Of a stretch of 64,000 nucleotides of DNA, positions 50,174-57,995 are shown piece after piece; the first letter of the stretch is position 1; every line of letters begins with the position of its first letter. The stretch covers positions 13,754 to 77,753 of IMG/VR virus record IMGVR_UViG_3300030117_005585, one strand, 5' to 3'. The notes beneath the pieces are model-generated. The model did no database searches. It worked only from the letters and a program-made list of their open reading frames with translations, and was not told the DNA's origin. Made by a program: the position numbers and the translations under genes. The DNA is from a virus.

Positions 50174-51064
50174 CTAGTTATTTCTTGTAAAAGAGCCCTT
50201 CAACGATTTTTCACTATCACTATCATCATTTTCTTGATTGTCAAGTCTTTTATCTTGTTTTATTATTTTTTTAAAATTTTCGTGTATGTTCTTTTTATTT
50301 TTTTCTCCATACAGTTCCCACCACGATTTATTTTTTCTTTTAGTGTTTGTAACTACTTTATCATTATTCATTAGTGTAACATTATAACTTATTACAAAAA
50401 TAACAGCCATCGGGTCAAAAACAAAAATAAGTATGAAGATAAAAAATTTAACCACTGTATCTACATCAGTACCGAAAACTTTTGCCAAATAAATTGCAGG
50501 TCCTACTTCAACACCAGTTTCTATTATCTGAACTTTTAAATCTCCGACTTCACTTTTTAAATTTATAATATCTTCATTTATTTTATTTATCTTTGGTTGA
50601 TACTCTTCTCTGAGTTTTCTTTTTGCTGTACGGTAATTATCAGGCAATTCATTAACAGCGGCTTCTAATTCTTCTTTTAGAAACATCTTATCATCTTTCA
50701 ATTGTTCTAATCTATCTTCTTTATATAACAGTGATGTAGTTTCTTTTTCAAATGCCACAGTTGCACCTTGATAAGCATTCGATAAAAACCCAAATATACC
50801 CGCTGACGTAATTAACACCAATATTATGGTGGCAATCGTCATATATGTTTTATGTAGTAAATTTATATCTTTCCAATATCTGTATAGAAATGAAGCAGCT
50901 ACCAGCTTACCAAATTCTAATGAACCAGCCATTATAATTACTGCACTTTGCGCACCCGCAAATAACTTTGATAATCCATAAACCGAAAAGAAAGCGGCAC
51001 TTCCAGCTATTGATAGAGCTGAAAATCCTACTAACTTATTAAATGATTTAGTATTCTCAAACAC
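50174..51064 (-). CDS. Membrane protein with central coiled coil
   Basis: Three N-terminal TMs (LEFGKLV, ITSAGIFGFLS), coiled coil, EVGPAIY, C-terminal TM with FVFDP. Confidence 0.7.
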   Translation of the reverse strand: MFENTKSFNKLVGFSALSIAGSAAFFSVYGLSKLFAGAQSAVIIMAGSLEFGKLVAASFLYRYWKDINLLHKTYMTIATIILVLITSAGIFGFLSNAYQGATVAFEKETTSLLYKEDRLEQLKDDKMFLKEELEAAVNELPDNYRTAKRKLREEYQPKINKINEDIINLKSEVGDLKVQIIETGVEVGPAIYLAKVFGTDVDTVVKFFIFILIFVFDPMAVIFVISYNVTLMNNDKVVTNTKRKNKSWWELYGEKNKKNIHENFKKIIKQDKRLDNQENDDSDSEKSLKGSFTRNN

Positions 51065-51102
51065 AAGGTTTCTCCTATTTATCTATAATAAATATCTGAA
51101 AC

Positions 51103-51288
51103 CTATTTTAACTCTTCAAAATCTGCATCTATGGCTTTCATGCAGATATAGTAAACATCGCCGTTCCTAAGAACAGCATCGGCCAATATATATTTTCTCT
51201 TCAACAGTTGTGTATCTTTTGTAACCGAAGCCGAAGCTGTTCCAAGAACGATGAATACATCGTCATTTACATAAATGAATTGTTTCAC
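51103..51288 (-). CDS. Hypothetical protein
   Basis: 61-aa ORF coupled to hsp20. Confidence 0.6.
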   Translation of the reverse strand: MKQFIYVNDDVFIVLGTASASVTKDTQLLKRKYILADAVLRNGDVYYICMKAIDADFEELK

Positions 51289-51762
51289 CTATGATATTTT
51301 GACGAACTTCTTCTTTGGTTTTTCTGGCTCTATCTTAGGAACTGATATTGAAAGGACACCATCTTTGAAGTTAGCTGATATATTATCACCATCTAACAAA
51401 TCACCAAGTTCAAACGAGCGCTTGAATGAAGAAGACTTCAACTCACGACGGATTACTTTGGCGCCATCATCTTCATGCACACCATGCTTATCACCGCTAA
51501 CGGTCAATACACCATCCTCAACTTCTATATTGAGTTGCTTCTTATCCAAACCAGGAATCTCAGCAACAATACCAATCTTATCATCGTATTCATATACATT
51601 GACTTTTGGATATGCTGTTCCTTGAAATGGTTTTACGCCAACCGATTTTGTCACATCTGGAAATGATGATTCAACAATTTGGTCGAACATTTTATCAAAA
51701 GGTGTTAAAAAAGAATCCCTATCGATTATAGGGAATGGATTGCGAACTACTACTTTAGTCAT
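51289..51762 (-). CDS. Small heat shock protein (Hsp20/alpha-crystallin)
   Basis: YPKVNV, AEIPG, LTVSG, RRE, FKRSF, ANFKDGVLSISVPK. Confidence 0.95.
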   Translation of the reverse strand: MTKVVVRNPFPIIDRDSFLTPFDKMFDQIVESSFPDVTKSVGVKPFQGTAYPKVNVYEYDDKIGIVAEIPGLDKKQLNIEVEDGVLTVSGDKHGVHEDDGAKVIRRELKSSSFKRSFELGDLLDGDNISANFKDGVLSISVPKIEPEKPKKKFVKIS

Positions 51763-51879
51763 TTTATTTCTCCTATTTTGTTTACTTTGTAGTCAAACAT
51801 CGATATCCTCATTTGAGCGATATCAATAACTTCTATAATAAATATATAGAATTTTTTTATTATACAATTTTTTTTGTAA

Positions 51880-52380
51880 TTATTTTCCAAGTGTATTTAA
51901 AATTACATTTTCAAAATTTTCTTTTTCAGAATCATCTATTGTGTACCACTGCATTATCAAAGTTTTTCTAAAGTAATCTAGTTTATTTTTTAGTCCTTCA
52001 ATCTTACCTAAAAGAACATCTTCTTGATTAACTTCTACAGCAATATCTATATCATATTCATCTGCTAAATCCATCATCGTATCTATATCACTAGTATCTA
52101 TGGATTTTTTTAATTTTCTAAAATCTTCAGTGTCGCCAGTTTTTTTATCAGGATGTATTTTTTGTGCTAATTTTTTGTAAACCTTATTCAAGCTTTTTTT
52201 TCTTAATGGTTTTTTTTCTTTTACCTTTTTTTCATTTGGTACATTTAAGTTAAGTAGATTACTAAATCTTTTATCAAATTTCTTTTTAGCAGTTTGAAAA
52301 AGTTCAGCTTGATACTCTACTTCTACTTTTAAAAATTTGTATTCTGATTTAAGTTTCTTTAGATAAAGTTTATCATTCAT
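51880..52380 (-). CDS. J-domain-containing protein
   Basis: YKKLAQKIHPDK...F. Confidence 0.8.
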   Translation of the reverse strand: MNDKLYLKKLKSEYKFLKVEVEYQAELFQTAKKKFDKRFSNLLNLNVPNEKKVKEKKPLRKKSLNKVYKKLAQKIHPDKKTGDTEDFRKLKKSIDTSDIDTMMDLADEYDIDIAVEVNQEDVLLGKIEGLKNKLDYFRKTLIMQWYTIDDSEKENFENVILNTLGK

Positions 52381-52853
52381 ACTTCCAATGCTCTACGAAA
52401 CCAACCAAAGTAAAACTTTTCTAAGTCTGGCTTACGTGTTACCAAATCAGCATAGTATTTAACTCTATATGCTCTAACTCTTTGTAACTCTACACCTTTC
52501 ATAGCAGCGATAGTTTTAGGACCCATACCACCATCTACGACTAAATTAGCACCTTTAGCATTAGCAGCTTTTTGTAATATCTTAACTGCTCTACCCCTAC
52601 CTTGATTTACGCACATATCAAAATAAATGTGTCTTAAATCTTCGGATAGTGATTCTACTTTATTTCTATCCCAATAATGTTCTTTGTAGATTTCTTTCGC
52701 ACCCTCTTTAGTTAGGTTGGCAATATCTACATCAGGGTGACTACGTTTAGCTATACCAAAATTAGTCTCACCGCCTGGGTCATCAGGATCGTTTACATAT
52801 CCACCTTCATGGTGTAATACTACTTCTATGATATCATCAAAATTTACTAACAT
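52377..52853 (-). CDS. Endolysin, glycoside hydrolase family 108 with PG-binding C-terminus
   Basis: HEGGYVNDPDDPGGETNFGI, FDMCVNQG, DGGMGPKT, FYFGWFRR. Confidence 0.93.
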   Translation of the reverse strand: MLVNFDDIIEVVLHHEGGYVNDPDDPGGETNFGIAKRSHPDVDIANLTKEGAKEIYKEHYWDRNKVESLSEDLRHIYFDMCVNQGRGRAVKILQKAANAKGANLVVDGGMGPKTIAAMKGVELQRVRAYRVKYYADLVTRKPDLEKFYFGWFRRALEV

Positions 52854-52866
52854 AATTTTTCTCCTA

Positions 52867-53451
52867 CTATAGTGTTACCTCTATACCTACTTTTGCTTGA
52901 TAATTAGATTCACCTTTAAGTTGAGAAACTTCACCTAAATTATACAATCTAATTTTATCTGTTAATTTCCAAGAAACTTTGAATTTATTTTCAAACTCGA
53001 ATGTTGTGTTTTCACCACTTTCATCTGGTGGTAGATAACCATCAAAGGATAATTGAACATCCACCTTATCACCATATTTTTTATTTTTATTCCAACCTAC
53101 TGAAGCAAATGTTTCATACGTTTTTAAATATTCATCTGTAGAACGAGTAGTAAATCCCCAAGTAGCACCGATGAAAGTTTGACGCCAGTCAAGTTTTAGG
53201 TATTTTACATTATCACTTTCTTTGTCAAAGTATTCAGGTTTGAAATAGATACCATCTTCTACTTTTGCCCATATATGAATATCATCATATTGGGAACCTA
53301 ACTCTCTTTCCCATTGACGATTAATAAAGTAATTAGGATGACTTACCCCTATGCTTACTTCATAGTCATCAGGGTTAGGTTGTACGTTCGCATCTCTCAT
53401 TGAAAATGAGCTAAACAACATAACACCAACTAACAAACTATCTATTAACAC
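52867..53451 (-). CDS. Putative outer-membrane beta-barrel-like protein
   Basis: Signal-like N-terminus, amphipathic aromatic strands, C-terminal YQAKVGIEVTL. Confidence 0.45.
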   Translation of the reverse strand: MLIDSLLVGVMLFSSFSMRDANVQPNPDDYEVSIGVSHPNYFINRQWERELGSQYDDIHIWAKVEDGIYFKPEYFDKESDNVKYLKLDWRQTFIGATWGFTTRSTDEYLKTYETFASVGWNKNKKYGDKVDVQLSFDGYLPPDESGENTTFEFENKFKVSWKLTDKIRLYNLGEVSQLKGESNYQAKVGIEVTL

Positions 53452-53573
53452 TACTTTCTCCGTTGAGTTTTTCTTTTATTTGTTTTTTTCCTTCTGCTTG
53501 GCTTTACCCTTCGTTCAATACCACTTCTCTTTTCGACACCAATCCACTTCTTTAATGTTTCAATTGCTTTCAT
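53451..53573 (-). CDS. Small basic protein (40 aa)
   Basis: Not in ORF track. MKAIETLKKWIGVEKRSGIERR...; fills the operon gap. Confidence 0.5.
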   Translation of the reverse strand: MKAIETLKKWIGVEKRSGIERRVKPSRRKKTNKRKTQRRK

Positions 53574-53584
53574 AAAACTATTCA

Positions 53585-53779
53585 TTATTTACTCCTACTT
53601 AATTGAACAGGTGATTTGGTAAGTTTACTAGGATGTACATACCATATACGACCCATATTATCTTTGACTCTTAAATCACCATCTGCTTCTTTATTTTCAA
53701 AAGTAACCACCTCATCTTTATACAGAGTTCCCTCTACGGTAGTTACTGTTTCTAATACTCTATGCTTTTTCTTTACCAT
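53585..53779 (-). CDS. Small SH3-like beta protein
   Basis: Probable start MVKKKHRV. Confidence 0.55.
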   Translation of the reverse strand: MVKKKHRVLETVTTVEGTLYKDEVVTFENKEADGDLRVKDNMGRIWYVHPSKLTKSPVQLSRSK

Positions 53780-53895
53780 GTCCATCCCATTATTATAAAA
53801 TGAAAATATAAATATCCAGCTATAAACCAAACAGCACCTTTCACATATTCCATTCTCACATCTGATTGACTAACTGCTTTTTTATTTCTATCCAT
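53773..53895 (-). CDS. Small membrane protein (40 aa)
   Basis: Not in ORF track; one TM; overlaps both neighbours. Confidence 0.45.
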   Translation of the reverse strand: MDRNKKAVSQSDVRMEYVKGAVWFIAGYLYFHFIIMGWTW

Positions 53896-54013
53896 AGAAA
53901 AAACTCATTACTAATTTATACAAAAGAAGCCAACTTAATACCGCGCCAGTAGGTAGTAGAATAAAAAAAACAAACACACCAAGCCAATCTGTTTTTACTT
54001 TAGAGTCTCTCAC
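53888..54013 (-). CDS. Small membrane protein (41 aa)
   Basis: Not in ORF track; GTGA overlap with upstream stop; one TM. Confidence 0.45.
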   Translation of the reverse strand: MRDSKVKTDWLGVFVFFILLPTGAVLSWLLLYKLVMSFFYG

Positions 54014-54156
54014 CTGCCCTGCCCCCTATATCTTTTCTTAAATCTTTTTGAAGCTACTCGAGTACTAAATTTAGTTCCACGACCTAATCCTTGTCTTGTC
54101 TTTTTACGAGAACCAGTTTTATTTTCAATTGTCGATAAACCTTTAGCCTTAGCCAT
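54010..54156 (-). CDS. Small basic phage protein of the ...YRGQGR type (48 aa)
   Basis: Not in ORF track. MAKAKG...RKKTRQG...FKKRYRGQGR; GAGG RBS. Confidence 0.75.
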   Translation of the reverse strand: MAKAKGLSTIENKTGSRKKTRQGLGRGTKFSTRVASKRFKKRYRGQGR

Positions 54157-54344
54157 TAATTTTCCTCAACATCTAAAGTTGTATTGACATTCGGTAAGTG
54201 CCAAGGATACATTCCATCATTTACATTTTCTTTAGGAACTTCTAACATCTTTTTAATATCAGCAACGTCTTTTGATATTTCTTTTATGAGGTTACGCAGT
54301 TCTTTTAGCGAAGATGTCATACCTGCATCGCCCATTCTACTCAT
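54156..54344 (-). CDS. Hypothetical protein
   Basis: 62-aa coupled ORF. Confidence 0.55.
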   Translation of the reverse strand: MSRMGDAGMTSSLKELRNLIKEISKDVADIKKMLEVPKENVNDGMYPWHLPNVNTTLDVEEN

Positions 54345-54495
54345 CTGTAACCTCTTTTATCTTACCTAAATTTCCACCTGTAGTATGAACATAGGATTTA
54401 GCATCCTCAATATTCTCAGCTAAAAAAGTGTAACCTTCGTCAGTTGTCCATTTTTTATAATGGTTGAACTGACCTTTACTTTTCTTCTTCGGCAT
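54337..54495 (-). CDS. Hypothetical protein (52 aa)
   Basis: Not in ORF track. MPKKKSKG...GYTFLAENIEDA; AGGAGG upstream. Confidence 0.55.
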   Translation of the reverse strand: MPKKKSKGQFNHYKKWTTDEGYTFLAENIEDAKSYVHTTGGNLGKIKEVTDE

Positions 54496-54658
54496 TCATA
54501 GCCTCCTTGTATAATTTGTTAATTGATTTCTCATTTTCACCTTGTTTAATGAGAGATTTTTTTCTTGTCATAATAGTTAATGGAACGTCAGCTAATGATG
54601 GTGGTCTTCCCCATTCATCACACATAACTTTTTGTTCCAACCATTTTTTCTTAGTCAT
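54476..54658 (-). CDS. Hypothetical protein
   Basis: 60-aa ORF. Confidence 0.55.
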   Translation of the reverse strand: MTKKKWLEQKVMCDEWGRPPSLADVPLTIMTRKKSLIKQGENEKSINKLYKEAMNAEEEK

Positions 54659-54667
54659 TGTAACCTC

Positions 54668-55288
54668 TTAGTTTAATATACTCATTATCTCTCTCATCCA
54701 CTTTTCAGTAGATTCTCTTTTACGAATATCTACTTCACCTTTCTTTTCTAAAGACATTCCGTGAATATGATTTTGTGGTCTGTCAGCGTATTTGAATCCT
54801 TCAAATGTAAATGGTTTACCTTTAAGGCTTGAGTAGAATTGAGCAACCTTCATTGGATTGAATTTACTCATCTTCATATCAACCTTATTTACAGGCTTAC
54901 CATCATCACTTGTTTGTATAAGTCTCGTACCTTTATCAGGATTATGCAAGACTATACCCCACTGTTTATATCTATGTGCTAATTTAACCATAAACTTTTC
55001 AAAGGCTTTGGTATCCATTAGAGAATCACCACCAGCCTTAACATTCTTAACTAATAAAGATGGTTCTTTGACAGACCTCACTACACCTGACTCATCTTCT
55101 TCTTGTCCAACACCATCTATTCTAACGTAACCAAACCCTGCACTACTAATAGCACTCTTTAGTTTTGATAGATTAGCTTTGTTATCAACATCTCCAACTC
55201 TCCAAGAAGTAATGATACCAAATTCATTTTCCTGAAAGTCTCTCCAAATGCGAGATAAACTAGCTTCTAAAATTTGTTGTTTGTTCAT
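54668..55288 (-). CDS. Phage hypothetical protein (possible internal head protein)
   Basis: ILEASLSRI, FGIITSWR motif. Confidence 0.65.
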   Translation of the reverse strand: MNKQQILEASLSRIWRDFQENEFGIITSWRVGDVDNKANLSKLKSAISSAGFGYVRIDGVGQEEDESGVVRSVKEPSLLVKNVKAGGDSLMDTKAFEKFMVKLAHRYKQWGIVLHNPDKGTRLIQTSDDGKPVNKVDMKMSKFNPMKVAQFYSSLKGKPFTFEGFKYADRPQNHIHGMSLEKKGEVDIRKRESTEKWMREIMSILN

Positions 55289-55297
55289 TATTAACTC

Positions 55298-55531
55298 CTA
55301 AGTTGCTGACTCATAATATTCTATTAAATCTTCCACTTCATTTTCATTTGGAAATCTATTCAATTGTTTTTTACTGAATATCATACTGTTGTTAAATTTG
55401 ACTTCAAATACACCACCCATACCTTTTATGAGTTCTGCCTTAATACCAAATTGTCTTTCTATTGATTCCCTCAAACTGAGAGCCTGATTTAAGTATCCTC
55501 AGGAAGTGCAATACTCAATACTAACTTTCAT
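55298..55531 (-). CDS. SelW/SelT/SelH (Rdx) family selenoprotein, 77 aa, Sec at codon 11
   Basis: Not in ORF track. MKVSIEYCTS-TGA-GYLNQA...ELIKGMGGVFEV...IFSK...RFP; CxxU plus GxFEV and FSK...FP Rdx motifs. Confidence 0.9.
55464..55498 (-). promoter_or_regulatory. Candidate bacterial-type SECIS hairpin
   Basis: Directly 3' of the TGA: GGATAC-TTAAAT-CAGGCTCTCA-GTTTGA-GGGAATC; CTTAAAT pairs with GTTTGAG. Confidence 0.55.
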
Positions 55532-55976
55532 TCTCTTCCTCTGCAGGTTTATCAACTAAATCTTCTTTCTTAGCTGCTTTCTCAGTTTCTATCTCAGCTA
55601 CAAATTTCTTTTTCTTACCACCATCGTACTCATAGGCATGTCCTTCATCCATTAGAATTTGATTCACACTTTTTAAACCATCTTCTGTTTCAACAAAAAC
55701 CTCACCTAAAACTCTACCGAACTTTCCAGTTCCATGTGAAATAATTTTAAAAGTACCTGCTTCCAATAATTCTTTATTACGGGCTTTAGCAGCAAGTCCT
55801 TTTTTCTTTTCTTCTAAATCACGAGTTCTACTTTCCCAAGTATCGATACCCATATATCTAATTCTTTTTTTGATTTTTAAATCGAAACCTAAATCGATGT
55901 ACGCATCAATTGTATCTCCATCTAAAACTTTAACTAGTGTGCCATTATATTCAAATGACGCTGGTTTTTTAGCCAC
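55521..55976 (-). CDS. Thermonuclease (SNase-like)
   Basis: KVLDGDTID, RIRYMGIDTWE, GKFGRVLG, EGHAYEYDGG. Confidence 0.9.
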   Translation of the reverse strand: MAKKPASFEYNGTLVKVLDGDTIDAYIDLGFDLKIKKRIRYMGIDTWESRTRDLEEKKKGLAAKARNKELLEAGTFKIISHGTGKFGRVLGEVFVETEDGLKSVNQILMDEGHAYEYDGGKKKKFVAEIETEKAAKKEDLVDKPAEEENES

Positions 55977-55986
55977 CTAATTTCTC

Positions 55987-56271
55987 CTACAATCTAATCT
56001 TCAATTGATTAGCTGCTTTTCTTAGTTCATGTATGTCGTAACATCTATTACTCATAAAACCATCCAACAACTTTCTAGCAGTACCAGATGTTATCTTCTT
56101 CTTATAAATAGTACCATTATGAAGAAAACTGTCTGCAGTTGTTGATGATATTTGATTTAGAAATTGTTTAACCTCTTTAAATTTTAGAAATGCTTCATAA
56201 CCAAAATTTAACTCAGAACCATCTGCTAAAAGAGTATATCTATCATAATCACTTAATCTATTTGACTTCAT
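55987..56271 (-). CDS. Hypothetical protein
   Basis: 94-aa ORF. Confidence 0.6.
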   Translation of the reverse strand: MKSNRLSDYDRYTLLADGSELNFGYEAFLKFKEVKQFLNQISSTTADSFLHNGTIYKKKITSGTARKLLDGFMSNRCYDIHELRKAANQLKIRL

Positions 56272-56301
56272 TTTTCATCCTCATCCTTTCTGTTAATTAA
56301 C

Positions 56302-56371
56302 AAGGGCTGGGAGAAAGGAATAAAACCCAGCCCTTTAATCGAGTGGCGTCACATTGAACAACGCCACTCTC
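56302..56371 (-). other. Two tandem GC-rich hairpins downstream of the AAA ATPase (terminator/regulatory)
   Basis: GAGTGGCGT...ACGCCACTC and AAGGGCTGGG...CCCAGCCCTT. Confidence 0.7.
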
Positions 56372-56381
56372 AGAGAAAAAC

Positions 56382-57536
56382 TTAGTTAGAATTCTCTACT
56401 TCTTCTTCATTGAATAAGTCTTCAGAAGAACCATCAGAGATATACTTCTGAACTAACTGTTTGACATAAGTCCTTTCAGACTCAAGTCCACCATCATCAG
56501 AAAACTGAGGATAGATAGTTACTTCAGCAGCTTCATCCAAACCGAAACCATCGTAAAGTAATCCAGCAACCTCAACAGAAGTTCTGGTTGAAATGCCGGT
56601 TGACAACCTACCAGCTTCAGACTTTGATTCTGTACGACTCTGTGAAGAAATCTCAGCGACAGACTTTAGTAAGTCACCATCAACATGTGGGAACATATAC
56701 TGAAGTAAGTCATGCTCTTCATCTGAATTAAGAACATCCATTTCAACAATTATGAATCTGTCCATAAGAGCTTTATCCATAACTCTGGTTGAGGTATACT
56801 CATTACCAATATTAGCGGTGGCGACAAAAGTAACACCCTCAGCGACATTGATAGTTTCTTGACCTTCACCTTCGTCAAGTCTTAGATATCTTTGTCCATT
56901 GTCTAAAACTGTCATAAGAATGTTCCAAGCGTCAGGATGAGCCCTACTCAACTCATCTAACAGAATAACAGCGTTAGGAGTTTGAATAGCCTTAACAAAA
57001 AGAGCTTCAGAAAAGTAAGTACCCTTCTTCTTATCGAAGTGGGTGTTACCAATTAAGGTAGCTCTTGGGTCTTGTGTGGCGCCTAAGTTGAAGTAGAAAT
57101 CAGGCCTATCAAGTGAGTTTACCAATGACTTAGCAGCCATAGTCTTACCACATCCAGCAGGACCTGTCATCAAAATATTTTTACCACGTACGGCGGAGCG
57201 AACAAGATACTTCCATTTTAGTTCTTTCATTTTCAAACCAGCAGGTTTTAGGTTGTAAGAACTATGAATAAAGTTAAGAACTTCAGCATGATCTGTAGGA
57301 ACATCAACTGATGAAACATCGATTACAGGAGCAGAAGTAGCTTCGAACATTTCCATTGGAACTTTCCACCAATAAACCCTACCATTTTTGCCAGTCCTTC
57401 TTTCTAAGGCCATACCAGCATTGTAAGCTTTCTTTCTGGTAGAAGTACCAATTTCTGATGTGTGTTTGTTACCATCAGCATCCCAAGCATTAAACCTATT
57501 GCCTGACTTTTCTATTTTTACGATTGTATTTGACAT
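56382..57536 (-). CDS. MoxR/CbbQ/NirQ-type AAA+ ATPase
   Basis: GPAGCGKT, ILLDELSRA, ATAN, DKALMDRF, ISTR. Confidence 0.92.
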   Translation of the reverse strand: MSNTIVKIEKSGNRFNAWDADGNKHTSEIGTSTRKKAYNAGMALERRTGKNGRVYWWKVPMEMFEATSAPVIDVSSVDVPTDHAEVLNFIHSSYNLKPAGLKMKELKWKYLVRSAVRGKNILMTGPAGCGKTMAAKSLVNSLDRPDFYFNLGATQDPRATLIGNTHFDKKKGTYFSEALFVKAIQTPNAVILLDELSRAHPDAWNILMTVLDNGQRYLRLDEGEGQETINVAEGVTFVATANIGNEYTSTRVMDKALMDRFIIVEMDVLNSDEEHDLLQYMFPHVDGDLLKSVAEISSQSRTESKSEAGRLSTGISTRTSVEVAGLLYDGFGLDEAAEVTIYPQFSDDGGLESERTYVKQLVQKYISDGSSEDLFNEEEVENSN

Positions 57537-57590
57537 AACTTATTTTATCCTTTTTTTAAGTTGTTTGTTTTTTCTCTAAAATCATATATA

Positions 57591-57619
57591 AAGCTACGAA
57601 TAAATTTGCTAACATACAA
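57591..57619 (-). promoter_or_regulatory. Repeated early promoter, copy 4
   Basis: TTGTAT-17 nt-TAGCTT. Confidence 0.85.
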
Positions 57620-57648
57620 GGAAAAGATCAAATTATTTCCAGTTTTTT

Positions 57649-57828
57649 TTAAGATTTCCAAAATCTAATCCTATAACTTGAAGTTGTGAAAGCTTCCCAA
57701 GTACAATTATTCCATATACATTTCCAATAATTATCAAAACCACTTCTATCGGTTGGTATCATTCTACAACCGCATTGACATTCTGGCTCTGTTTTGTACT
57801 TTCTATTATGTAGCCACTTCCTTATCAT
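57649..57828 (-). CDS. Small Zn-ribbon protein (59 aa)
   Basis: Not in ORF track. PECQCGCRM...WKCIWNNCTW. Confidence 0.6.
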   Translation of the reverse strand: MIRKWLHNRKYKTEPECQCGCRMIPTDRSGFDNYWKCIWNNCTWEAFTTSSYRIRFWKS

Positions 57829-57995
57829 TTGTTAATTTCATTTAATTTTACTTTGAGTTTGAAAGTCCAAGTCCCTTCTTTCTGTATAACCTCATAATTA
57901 TCTCCATCTATTGAAACGACTTCGAACATTCCAGTCATACCTGTCTTTCTTACTCTTACTAAATCACCAACTTTTATTTCTTTTTTATCTGACAT
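57825..57995 (-). CDS. Small KOW/SH3-like protein (56 aa)
   Basis: Not in ORF track. IKVGDLVRVRKTG...VVSIDGD. Confidence 0.6.
   Translation of the reverse strand: MSDKKEIKVGDLVRVRKTGMTGMFEVVSIDGDNYEVIQKEGTWTFKLKVKLNEINK

Noticed and set aside
50211-50230. GTGATAGT repeat similar to those at ~46995 and ~60172
   Set aside because: Lies in coding sequence (Asp-Ser codons) and is probably coincidental
55499-55501. Genome-wide TGA or TAG reassignment, or a pseudogene
   Set aside because: Long genes are intact under code 11 and TGA/TAG terminate coupled genes; the single TGA falls at the family's Sec/Cys position
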